The notes below the pieces were generated by a model that was not told the origin of the DNA, did no database searches, and saw only the letters and a list, made by a program, of their open reading frames with translations. The position numbers were made by a program, and so were the translations under genes. A stretch of 64,000 nucleotides of DNA, taken from contig JBMNKP010000002.1 of the NCBI GenBank assembly GCA_050952265.1, positions 65,112-129,111 on the forward strand, read 5' to 3'. Below, in pieces: positions 29,906 through 38,131 of the stretch. This stretch comes from Limnochordia bacterium. GTDB taxonomy: Bacteria; Bacillota; Limnochordia; Darwinibacteriales; Darwinibacteriaceae. How positions within the stretch are numbered: the first letter of the stretch is position 1; the number at the start of each line of letters is the position of its first letter.

Positions 29906-31384
29906 ATGCAGAAGGATCGCTTTGCCGTTGCCAAGCAGCTGGAGGACAACCTGGCAGTGCTGGAAGAGGCCCTTGGCTATGGAGTGACCTTCGATTTGGT
30001 GTTCCGCAGGTTGAGGGTTGCGAACCGCCAGTCGTGCCTCGTCTTTTTTGATGGTTTCATCCAGGATGAAGCGGTAATTCACATTATCCGGGCACTGCAG
30101 ATGGTTCCGCGCCTGGGGGTTACCCTGACCGCGATCAAGCAGGACCTGTGCGATTGGATCCCCTACTTCGAACTGAGCATGGCAGATGACCTGGAAGCCG
30201 CCATCGACCAACTGCTCTCCGGGGCCATGCTCCTTTTGGTGGACGGGCTCCAGGAAGTGGCCATCCTCGATGTACGCCAGTATGTGGTCAGAAGCTCGGA
30301 GGAGCCAACTCTCGAAAAAGTGACCCGGGGCTCTCGGGACGGTTTTGTGGAGACGGCCCTGTTCAACGTCAACCTGATCCGCAGGCGGATCCGCGACCCA
30401 AACCTGCGCTTTGAGGCTCTTCAGGTGGGAAGACGATCAAAAACCGATGTCATCGTCGGTTATATCGAAGACGTAGCCGATCCCAGCTTGGTTCAAGAGG
30501 TGAAGGACCGTATTGGGGCCATCGACCGGGATGCCATCCCCATGGGGGGCAAAAACCTCGAAGAGTACATCCTCGGTACCGTCTTCAACCCCCTGCCCGT
30601 AACTCGCTACACCGAGCGTCCCGACGTTGCTGCAGCCCACCTTTTAGAGGGCCATGTGGTGATCATCGTGGATACCACTCCTTTCGCCTTAATAGTCCCT
30701 GTTACCCTCTGGCACTTCACCCAGCATGCTGAAGAGTATTTCCAGAACCCGCCGGTAGGGACCTATCTGCGCTGGGTCCGGACGGCTGGCATCGTGGGTT
30801 CGCTGGTGCTGCTGCCCCTGTGGTACATTTTGGCCGTGAGCCGCAATCTTCCGCCTTGGATCTCCTTCATCGGACCCAAGGAACCGGGACGCTTGGCCCT
30901 GTGGCTGCAGCTGCTCATGCTCGAGGTGGGCCTGGACCTGATCCGCATGGCCCTCATCCACACACCCGATGCCTTAGCTACTTCTCTTGGTATTGTTGGC
31001 GGTATCATACTTGGCGATCTGGCCGTGTCCATCGGCCTCTTTACGGCGGAAGCGATCCTGTATGCAGCGATCACCGCCATCTGCACCTTTGCCACACCCA
31101 GCATAGAGTTGAGCGGCGCTCTGCGCCTCTTTCGCTATGTACTATTCTTCGGAGCGGTTGTGGCGGGGTGGTGGGGCCTGGGTGCTGGCTTCCTCATCAC
31201 GTTCTTGACCATGGGCTTGACCAAATCCTTCGGCATCCCCTATCTGTGGCCCTTGGTGCCCTTTGACGGTCCCGCCATGCTCCGGGTGCTTCTGCGCTAT
31301 CCCATTCCGCGAGTGGCTGTGCGCCCGCGGCTCACGAAACCCCAGGATCTGCGTGCCCAAGCAAGAGACCGAAGGAGGAGGTAG
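29906..31384 (+). CDS. Orphan GerA-family spore germination protein (GerAA/SpoVAF-like)
   Basis: The GerA N-domain reads NVNLIRRRIRDPNLRF...TERPDVAAAHLLEGHVVIIVDTTPFALIVP and is followed by a C-terminal multi-TM domain. No B or C subunit genes are adjacent. Confidence 0.85.
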   Translation: MQKDRFAVAKQLEDNLAVLEEALGYGVTFDLVFRRLRVANRQSCLVFFDGFIQDEAVIHIIRALQMVPRLGVTLTAIKQDLCDWIPYFELSMADDLEAAIDQLLSGAMLLLVDGLQEVAILDVRQYVVRSSEEPTLEKVTRGSRDGFVETALFNVNLIRRRIRDPNLRFEALQVGRRSKTDVIVGYIEDVADPSLVQEVKDRIGAIDRDAIPMGGKNLEEYILGTVFNPLPVTRYTERPDVAAAHLLEGHVVIIVDTTPFALIVPVTLWHFTQHAEEYFQNPPVGTYLRWVRTAGIVGSLVLLPLWYILAVSRNLPPWISFIGPKEPGRLALWLQLLMLEVGLDLIRMALIHTPDALATSLGIVGGIILGDLAVSIGLFTAEAILYAAITAICTFATPSIELSGALRLFRYVLFFGAVVAGWWGLGAGFLITFLTMGLTKSFGIPYLWPLVPFDGPAMLRVLLRYPIPRVAVRPRLTKPQDLRAQARDRRRR

Positions 31385-31389
31385 CAGTT

Positions 31390-32301
31390 ATCAAGCCCAT
31401 CGGCATCCCACGCGCCCTGTACTTCTTCCAGTACGGCGAGCTTTGGCAGACATACCTTGCGGAACTCGGTTTCGCCGTAACCGTCAGCCCGCCGACGAAC
31501 CGCGAGATCCTCGAACTCGGCCTTGCGGCATGTGTGGAAAGCATCTGCCTGCCGGTCAAGGCCTTCGTCGGGCATGTCATCTTTCTGGTCCGGCATGGGC
31601 TGTCTCTGCTCCTTGTACCCCAGCTGATCAGTGTCTTCAGGCGGGAATGGACCTGTGCCAATCTCCTGGGGCTGCCAGATCTCGTCAGGCAGTATGTGTC
31701 CGAAGATGTGCGCTTGCTCACTCCCGTCTTGGATGCCCGGCGGAGGGTATCCCAGCACGCCTGGGCATACCTGCGTATGGGTCTGGAGTTCTCTCCTCCA
31801 GCACGCGTCCTGCGGGCATGGCAGAGGGCAAGGGATGCTCAGCAAGAATATGACGAGAGCCGGATCCCGCCAGCCCCTTCTCGAGGCGCTCTGCACGTGC
31901 TGCTCCTCGGTCCGCACTATGTGGCAGCGGATCCCTATCTCAACGGCAACCTTCGGGCGAAATTGGCCGAGTTGGGGGTCCAGGTCAGCATCGCGGCCGA
32001 CTTCCCTGAACCGCTCACGGCTGAAGGCTGTCGTTACTTGCGGAAGCGGCCATACTGGACCAACACCCGCAGGTCAATCGGGTCCCTGGAATACTGCCGG
32101 GATGCCATCGATGGGGTGATCAGCGCGGCTCCCTTTGGCTGCGGAGCCGAGGCTATGCAGAGTGTGCTCATTTCCAGCCATATATCGGAAGCACCCCTGC
32201 CGCACCTACAGCTCTTTGTGGACGAGCACAGTGGTACAGCTGGCCTGGAGACGCGCCTTGAGGCCTTTTGCGACCTTTTGGAGAGGAAAAGAAACGGATG
32301 A
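31390..32301 (+). CDS. DUF2229/HgdB-like CoA-enzyme-activase-associated protein (paralog 1), non-canonical start
   Basis: The conserved N-terminus IKPIGIPRALYFFQYGELW...CVESICLPVK and the C-terminus LFVDEHSGTAGLETRLEAFCDLL are present. No ATG/GTG/TTG exists in frame upstream of 31534. The candidate start is ATC 31390, 9 nt after AAGGAGGAGG. Confidence 0.55.
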   Translation: MKPIGIPRALYFFQYGELWQTYLAELGFAVTVSPPTNREILELGLAACVESICLPVKAFVGHVIFLVRHGLSLLLVPQLISVFRREWTCANLLGLPDLVRQYVSEDVRLLTPVLDARRRVSQHAWAYLRMGLEFSPPARVLRAWQRARDAQQEYDESRIPPAPSRGALHVLLLGPHYVAADPYLNGNLRAKLAELGVQVSIAADFPEPLTAEGCRYLRKRPYWTNTRRSIGSLEYCRDAIDGVISAAPFGCGAEAMQSVLISSHISEAPLPHLQLFVDEHSGTAGLETRLEAFCDLLERKRNG

Positions 32302-33413
32302 AGATCACCTTTCCACACCTGGGCAACCTCTACATAGCAGCGGAATCGCTGCTCAAGGGTTTGGGTCATGAACCGGTGACTCCGCCACCAACGAGCCGCA
32401 GAACACTGGAACTGGGAAGCTATCACAGCCCAGATGAGGTGTGCCTGCCCTTCAAGATCTCTTTAGGCAACATGCTGGAAGGTCTCGCCCAAGGGGCGGA
32501 CGGTGTGCTGATGATCGGCGGCTGGGGCCCGTGCCGTTTGGGTTACTACGCCGAGATCCAGCGGCTGATCCTGAAGGCCTTTGGGAAGCAGGTCGAGTTC
32601 ATCACCTTGGAGGTTCCCAGGGGGCGTTGGGGAGAGTACCTGGGGCGCTTCAGGACGCTGACGGCCTCGACAGATCTGCGCACCTTCTGGCAGGGAGCGC
32701 GCCTGAGCTGGGTCAAGCTGAAGGCGGTGGAGGAGCTTGAGCTGCATGCTGTAAGCGCCCAGCCGCGTGAAAAGAACGAAGGAACCGTTCGCCCCTATCT
32801 CCGGCGCCAGCTGGAGCTTTTGCGCACAGCACAGACCGTAGATGAGGTCCAGGAAATCTGCGATGCAGCCTCCCGCGGCTTCCGAGAACTACAGGCGCAC
32901 GATGCGGTCCGTCCGCTGCGTCTAGGACTGGTGGGGGAGATCTACACCGTGTTGGAGCCTTTTGCCAATCTTCGCCTGGAGGAGCGTCTGGGCAGTTTGG
33001 GCGTGGAGGTAGTGCGCACCATCAGCCTTGTGGAATGGGTGAGGAACCATATCTTCAAAAAGGCAGTGGGCCTGTACAGCCTCGCTCCTCTGCGCCGGCT
33101 GGCTGCGGGTTATCTGCGAGGGTTTATCGGTGGACATGGTCTGGAAAGCGTCGCACGGAGTGTGGCTCTTGCCAGGCAGAACCTCGATGGAATCGTTCAC
33201 ATTCTCCCTCTATCCTGCATGCCTGAGATCGTGGCCAGAGCCATCCTCCCGAGGATCAGCGAGGACCACGGTATCCCAGTGCTCTCCCTTATCGTAGATG
33301 AGCACACCGCGGAAGCCGGTTTTCAAACTCGGCTGGAGGCCTTTGTCGATTTGGTGCAGAGGAGAGTGGAGCGGTTTGAGGGACAGCGGCAGGCCCGTTT
33401 ATCTGGGAGTTGA
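32298..33413 (+). CDS. DUF2229/HgdB-like CoA-enzyme-activase-associated protein (paralog 2)
   Basis: MKITFPHLGNLY...EVCLPFK ... IVDEHTAEAGFQTRLEAFVDLV runs parallel to paralog 1. The ATG overlaps the upstream TGA. Confidence 0.65.
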   Translation: MKITFPHLGNLYIAAESLLKGLGHEPVTPPPTSRRTLELGSYHSPDEVCLPFKISLGNMLEGLAQGADGVLMIGGWGPCRLGYYAEIQRLILKAFGKQVEFITLEVPRGRWGEYLGRFRTLTASTDLRTFWQGARLSWVKLKAVEELELHAVSAQPREKNEGTVRPYLRRQLELLRTAQTVDEVQEICDAASRGFRELQAHDAVRPLRLGLVGEIYTVLEPFANLRLEERLGSLGVEVVRTISLVEWVRNHIFKKAVGLYSLAPLRRLAAGYLRGFIGGHGLESVARSVALARQNLDGIVHILPLSCMPEIVARAILPRISEDHGIPVLSLIVDEHTAEAGFQTRLEAFVDLVQRRVERFEGQRQARLSGS

Positions 33414-34365
33414 TGTGGGCAGTGTGAGCACGAACTTGGTGCTGCTCGATGCTGTGGAACCTCGCCCGTGCATCGTGTGGAAAGCGTACCTGCGTACCCA
33501 GGGCGCGCCCTTAACTGCCCTCAAGAACGGATTGGAGCTCCTTCATGATGCGGGAGCTTGGGAGATCTGCGGAGTGGGGACAACTGGCAGCGGTAGGGAA
33601 CTGGCAGGAGTGGTACTTGGGGCTGACGTGGTCAAAAACGAGATCACTGCCCACGCCTGCGCCGCTCTTGCCATTGACAGCGGAGTGTCCACGATTTTGG
33701 AAATCGGCGGACAGGATTCCAAGTTGATCATCCTGCGGGACGGAGTTGTCGTGGATTTTGCCATGAACACCGTCTGCGCTGCCGGCACTGGTTCCTTTTT
33801 GGACCAGCAGGCTTTCCGTTTGGGTGTTCCCATTGAGGACCTGGGCGAGCTGGCTCTGCGCAGCAGGAACCCCGTGCGTATCGCAGGACGCTGCACTGTC
33901 TTCGCCGAGTCAGACATGGTGCACAAACAACAGTTGGGGGTTGATACAGCCGACATCGTGGCCGGTTTGTGCGCAGCCATGGTGCGCAACTTCTTGGGAA
34001 GTCTAGCCAAAGGAAAAGAACTGCGCCCCACTGTGTTCTTCCAGGGAGGGGTGGCCGCCAATGCGGGCATGCGCCGTGCCTTTGAGGAAGCTCTGGGCCA
34101 GCCGGTTTTCGTGCCCGAACACTACGACGTGATGGGCGCTGTGGGGATCGCCCTGCTGGTCAGGGAAGCACTTGGAGGAAAGGCGGTGCCGACGCGTTTC
34201 GCCGGCTTAGAGAGGGTTCTGGACAGCCAAGTTGCCAGCCAGAGCTATGAGTGTACGGGATGCCCCAACTCCTGTGAGATCTGCGAGGTTTGGCGTGACG
34301 GGATATTCCTCGCGAGCTGGGGGGCGCGCTGCGGCAGGCAGGGCAGAACGGACCAGACCAGCTAG
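33376..34365 (+). CDS. BadF/BadG/BcrA/BcrD-type ATPase (HgdC-like activase of 2-hydroxyacyl-CoA dehydratase-type enzymes)
   Basis: The translation has the N-terminal YLGVDVGSVSTNLVLLD motif, the ASKT/acetate-kinase fold motifs EIGGQDSK and TGSF, and a C-terminal CTGCPNSCEIC cysteine cluster. The start is uncertain: TTG 33376 or an upstream ATG 33298. Confidence 0.8.
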   Translation: MRDSGRPVYLGVDVGSVSTNLVLLDAVEPRPCIVWKAYLRTQGAPLTALKNGLELLHDAGAWEICGVGTTGSGRELAGVVLGADVVKNEITAHACAALAIDSGVSTILEIGGQDSKLIILRDGVVVDFAMNTVCAAGTGSFLDQQAFRLGVPIEDLGELALRSRNPVRIAGRCTVFAESDMVHKQQLGVDTADIVAGLCAAMVRNFLGSLAKGKELRPTVFFQGGVAANAGMRRAFEEALGQPVFVPEHYDVMGAVGIALLVREALGGKAVPTRFAGLERVLDSQVASQSYECTGCPNSCEICEVWRDGIFLASWGARCGRQGRTDQTS

Positions 34366-34377
34366 GAAAACTTGAGA

Positions 34378-34405
34378 GGGTTCTCTGGCAGGAACCTCCT
34401 TTTTA
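34378..34405 (+). terminator. Candidate terminator after the activase gene
   Basis: An imperfect stem gggttc/gaacct is followed by CTTTTTAT. Confidence 0.4.
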
Positions 34406-34441
34406 TGCTACTATGAAATGGATAGATGGGAGGTCTGCCCA

Positions 34442-35059
34442 ATGCCAAGTCTCGAACAGATCATCCTTGGGGTACCAGCTATCCTCTTGGCCATATCCTT
34501 CCATGAACTCGGACACGGCTACGCCGCCTACAAGCTGGGCGATCCCACGCCCAAGCTGCAGGGGCGTCTGACTCTTAATCCCTTTGCCCATCTCGATCCT
34601 CTCGGGACGCTGATGCTGGTTCTCTTCCGCATCGGTTGGGCCAAGCCGGTGATGATCAACGCTCAGTACTTCAAGAACAGGCGTCAAGGAACACTCCTCG
34701 TTTCCCTTGCCGGTCCCCTGGCTAACGTCCTCTTGGGCTGGCTTTTTTACAACTTCGCGAGGCTCGCTGCGCCACGCCTGCCGTTTACAACCTTTTCCAG
34801 TACGCTGATGGTATTTCTTCTGATCAATGTTGAAGTTAACCTGGGACTGGCGGCCTTTAACTTGATCCCGATCCCGCCTCTGGATGGTTCCCACATTTTG
34901 GGAGGCCTTCTGCCTCCCAGGGCATCGTATCGGTTTTCCCAGCTGGCTCCTTACGGGCCGGTTCTCCTGGCTGTCCTGCTCATCTCCGGCGGGGCGAGGT
35001 GGATCATGAGTCCCATTTACCGCATCCTGTCGCAGCTTCTACTGCGCCTTTCGCTCTAG
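34442..35059 (+). CDS. Site-2 protease family (peptidase M50) membrane metalloprotease
   Basis: The zinc motif HELGHGYAA is embedded in a transmembrane segment, and the LDG motif NLIPIPPLDGSHIL is present. Confidence 0.75.
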   Translation: MPSLEQIILGVPAILLAISFHELGHGYAAYKLGDPTPKLQGRLTLNPFAHLDPLGTLMLVLFRIGWAKPVMINAQYFKNRRQGTLLVSLAGPLANVLLGWLFYNFARLAAPRLPFTTFSSTLMVFLLINVEVNLGLAAFNLIPIPPLDGSHILGGLLPPRASYRFSQLAPYGPVLLAVLLISGGARWIMSPIYRILSQLLLRLSL

Positions 35060-35068
35060 GTGGTACCC

Positions 35069-35809
35069 ATGGGGTACGTGGTTAGACTTGAGGTCTATCA
35101 GGGTCCATTCGATCTGCTTCTGGACTTGATCGCCAAGAACGAAGTGGACATCTGGGACATACCTATCGCGGCTATCACCGAGCAGTACCTGGAATACCTC
35201 TATTCCCTTCAGGAGAAGGATCTTGCGATTGCCGGCGAATTCCTGGTGATGGCCGCCACTTTGATCCGGCTCAAATCCAGACTGCTCCTGCCCCAGGATA
35301 CCCAGGCAGAGGTGGAGGAAGAGGAGTGCGTCGATCCCCGCACAGAGCTCGTGGAACAGCTTCTCCGCTACAAGTTCTTTAAAGAAGCAGCGGGGTTTCT
35401 GCAGGAACGCTATGGAGAGGCCGCACGTTTCTTCACCAAGGGGCAGCGAACCGAACTGGTCAACCTAATACCCATCTACACCCAGCCGGCCGGCGATCTT
35501 ACCCTGGACGACCTGCGGGAAGCCTATGAGCGTCTGCGGAGCGAAGAGGAAAAGGGCCAGGCTGTGCATGAAGTCCTGGCCAGGGTGTCCCTGCAGGAGC
35601 GGATTGCACTGGTACGCCTGCAGCTGGTGGGCAGGCCGCGGCTAAGTTTTCGCACCCTTTTGCGAGAATGCAGCCCTGGGGAAATCGTCGGGACGTTCCT
35701 AGCCGTATTGGAGCTTGTGCGTCTGGGCGAAATCCGGGTGGTGCAGCAGCGGTTGTTTGGGGAAATCAGCATCGAACCTTACACCTGGGAAGTGGAGGTC
35801 AACTCATGA
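35069..35809 (+). CDS. scpA: Segregation and condensation protein A
   Basis: The N-terminus LEVYQGPFDLLLDLI is the ScpA kleisin N-domain. Confidence 0.9.
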   Translation: MGYVVRLEVYQGPFDLLLDLIAKNEVDIWDIPIAAITEQYLEYLYSLQEKDLAIAGEFLVMAATLIRLKSRLLLPQDTQAEVEEEECVDPRTELVEQLLRYKFFKEAAGFLQERYGEAARFFTKGQRTELVNLIPIYTQPAGDLTLDDLREAYERLRSEEEKGQAVHEVLARVSLQERIALVRLQLVGRPRLSFRTLLRECSPGEIVGTFLAVLELVRLGEIRVVQQRLFGEISIEPYTWEVEVNS

Positions 35810-36315
35810 CGCTGGCAGAGGCAAGAGTGATCGTTGAAGGGCTGATCTTTGCTGCGGAGCGTCCCCTGAGCGCCAAGGAGATCGGGGAGATCATCGGGCT
35901 CGATCAGCCAGCAGTCGAAGCTCTGGTCGAGGAGATCCGCCGCCAGCACATGAGCGGGGCGCTGGCCATCAGGATGGTGGCGGGCGGCTACCAGATGGTG
36001 ACAAAACCAGAGCTGGCTCCATGGATTGAGAAACTCGGCAGGCCAGTTGTGCATGCTCCGCTGTCTGCGGCGGCCACCGAAACACTGGCAATTATCGCCT
36101 ATGAGCAGCCGATCACCAGGGCTGAGATCGAACAGATCCGCGGTGTGCGCTCCGACAGCGCCCTAACGAACCTGCTGGATCGGGGGTTGATCTGTGAGGT
36201 CGGCCGCAAAGAAGGGCCAGGCAGGCCGATCCTTTACGGCGTGACAGACAAGTTCCTGGAGCATTTCGGTCTGCGCAGTATCGAGGAGCTGCCCTTGAAG
36301 AGCATAGGTCAGTAG
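35806..36315 (+). CDS. scpB: Segregation and condensation protein B
   Basis: The ATG overlaps the scpA TGA. Two winged-helix repeats are present (GLIFAAERPLS and IAYEQPITRAEIEQIRGV). Confidence 0.9.
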   Translation: MTLAEARVIVEGLIFAAERPLSAKEIGEIIGLDQPAVEALVEEIRRQHMSGALAIRMVAGGYQMVTKPELAPWIEKLGRPVVHAPLSAAATETLAIIAYEQPITRAEIEQIRGVRSDSALTNLLDRGLICEVGRKEGPGRPILYGVTDKFLEHFGLRSIEELPLKSIGQ

Positions 36316-36351
36316 GAAAATGGCAGATTAAGACTGAGTGGAGGTGTTCCC

Positions 36352-36888
36352 TTGCTGCTCAGTCTTTTTTTGCTGCTGCTCATCGTGCTGCTCACCACGG
36401 TGTTCCGGGTGGAGCTGGAGCTCACCGTCGACGGTGCCTTGGTCCAGCCCGTGATTAGGCTGGCCATAGGCGCCATCTCCTTTACGCTGCCGAAGAAACT
36501 CCTGATCAAAGCCAGGGAGCTGATCCGCAGGCGCGATGTGGTCAAGCCGGGACGGCTGATGAAGAGCATGCGGCTCGGGCTGCGTCTGATGGACAGCTTC
36601 GTTCAGCGGGTGGAGATCTTCCGCCTGCAGGTGGTTCTGGGTACAGGAGATCCATTTTGGAGTGCGCTGAGCTGCGGCGGGCTCTGGAGCATCTTGGGCC
36701 CGTTTTTCTCAGGCTTGAGTGCTGGGGGGCGCCTTGCCGCGCTGCCTGAGGTGAGCATCCATCCCTCTTTTGAGGAGGCGCGCCTGAGGCTCTACCTGCA
36801 CTGTATATTCCGCTTCCGACTTGGTCAGATTATGATCAACGAACTGAAACGAGCGGCCTTTGCTTGGCAGGCGAGAATATCGGGCTAA
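36352..36888 (+). CDS. ytfI: DUF2953 sporulation-associated protein (YtfI-like)
   Basis: The protein has an N-terminal transmembrane segment and lies immediately upstream of ytfJ, as in B. subtilis ytfI-ytfJ. Confidence 0.55.
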   Translation: MLLSLFLLLLIVLLTTVFRVELELTVDGALVQPVIRLAIGAISFTLPKKLLIKARELIRRRDVVKPGRLMKSMRLGLRLMDSFVQRVEIFRLQVVLGTGDPFWSALSCGGLWSILGPFFSGLSAGGRLAALPEVSIHPSFEEARLRLYLHCIFRFRLGQIMINELKRAAFAWQARISG

Positions 36889-36900
36889 AGGAGCGGAATC

Positions 36901-37320
36901 ATGAACGACAGACACCCCATTGAAGGACTTATGCAGACCGCCATGGAGAGCCTGAAGACCATGGTGGATGTGAATACCATTTTGGGCGATCCGGTGGAAA
37001 CGCCGGATGGGGCCGTAATTGTTCCCGTGAGCCGAGTGAGCTTCGGTTTCGCCGCAGGGGGAAGTGAGTTTGCGTCAGCCAATGCGAAGGGCAGCGAGGG
37101 AAGCCATCCCTTTGGCGGCGGCAGCGGTGCTGGGATAGCCCTCAACCCGGTGGCCTTCCTAGTGGTGGGCAGGGAGAGTGTAAGGCTGCTGCCTGTGAAC
37201 CAGACAGCCATCTACGACCGCCTGATCGATGCCGTGCCCCAAGTGCTTGACCGCATCCAGGGCATGGTCAAAGGTGAGCATGCCACAGACGGAGTAGTCC
37301 GCTCGGCCTACAAGGTGTAG
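36901..37320 (+). CDS. ytfJ: GerW/YtfJ family sporulation protein
   Basis: The translation has YtfJ hallmarks (ILGDPVETPDGAVIVPVSRVSFGFAAGG and the GGGSGAG loop). Confidence 0.8.
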   Translation: MNDRHPIEGLMQTAMESLKTMVDVNTILGDPVETPDGAVIVPVSRVSFGFAAGGSEFASANAKGSEGSHPFGGGSGAGIALNPVAFLVVGRESVRLLPVNQTAIYDRLIDAVPQVLDRIQGMVKGEHATDGVVRSAYKV

Positions 37321-37417
37321 CAGGGCTATCTGCTTCAGAGGGTTCCCCCCGGAACCCTCTTTTTTCTTGCGGTTTACGGTGAAGTTGGGTATCATTGGAC
37401 TGAAAGGGGGGTCTGCG

Positions 37418-38131
37418 GTGGAGCGGCTTCAGAAGGTCATGGCCCAAGCCGGTATAGGTTCTCGGCGGGCTTGCGAGGAGATGATCCAGAGCAAGCGGGT
37501 GCTCGTCAACGGCCAGCCCGCGGTGTTGGGGCAGAAGGTCGATCCGGCAAGCGATACCATCCTTGTCGACGGCAAGCCTTTGGGCAGGCTTGAGCCCAAG
37601 CGTTACTTCGTCCTCAACAAACCCCGGGGATACGTGACCACCAGCAGGGACCAGTTCGCCCGCCGCAGCGTGCTCGACCTAGTTTCCCTTCCTGAGCGGG
37701 TCTACCCTGTGGGCCGTCTCGACTACGATTCAGAAGGCTTGGTTCTGCTGACAAACGACGGGGAGCTGGCCTACCGCATCATGCATCCTCGTTTTAAGCT
37801 TCCGAAGACCTACAGGGTACGGGTCAAAGGTCAGGTCTCCGAGGACGCGGTGGAACGCCTGCGCAGCGGAGTGATGCTGGACGACGGTCCGACCCAGCCA
37901 GCCAGGGTGGAACTCCTCAAGGCTGCAAGCGACGCTTCTCTCCTGAGAATAACGATCACTGAGGGGCGTAACCGGCAGGTAAAGCGCATGTGTGCTGCGG
38001 TTGGTCACGAGGTGATCCGCCTGATCCGCGAGTCCATAGGACCATTAAGGCTGCGGGGGCTGGCCGCGGGTGAGTACAGGGAACTGCGTTCCTATGAAGT
38101 CAAACGCCTCTATAGGGCGGTTGGCCTATGA
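37418..38131 (+). CDS. rluB: Pseudouridine synthase, RsuA/RluB family
   Basis: The N-terminal S4 domain reads RLQKVMAQAGIGSRR and the catalytic motif reads VYPVGRLDYDSEGLVLLTNDGEL. GTG 37418 follows AAAGGGGGG. Confidence 0.85.
   Translation: MERLQKVMAQAGIGSRRACEEMIQSKRVLVNGQPAVLGQKVDPASDTILVDGKPLGRLEPKRYFVLNKPRGYVTTSRDQFARRSVLDLVSLPERVYPVGRLDYDSEGLVLLTNDGELAYRIMHPRFKLPKTYRVRVKGQVSEDAVERLRSGVMLDDGPTQPARVELLKAASDASLLRITITEGRNRQVKRMCAAVGHEVIRLIRESIGPLRLRGLAAGEYRELRSYEVKRLYRAVGL

Noticed and set aside
31263-31917. 196-aa + ORF and 206-aa minus ORF overlapping the gerA-family 3' end and the DUF2229 5' end
   Set aside because: They are alternate frames of genuine genes with skewed R/P/C composition, and both conflict with the conserved protein frames.
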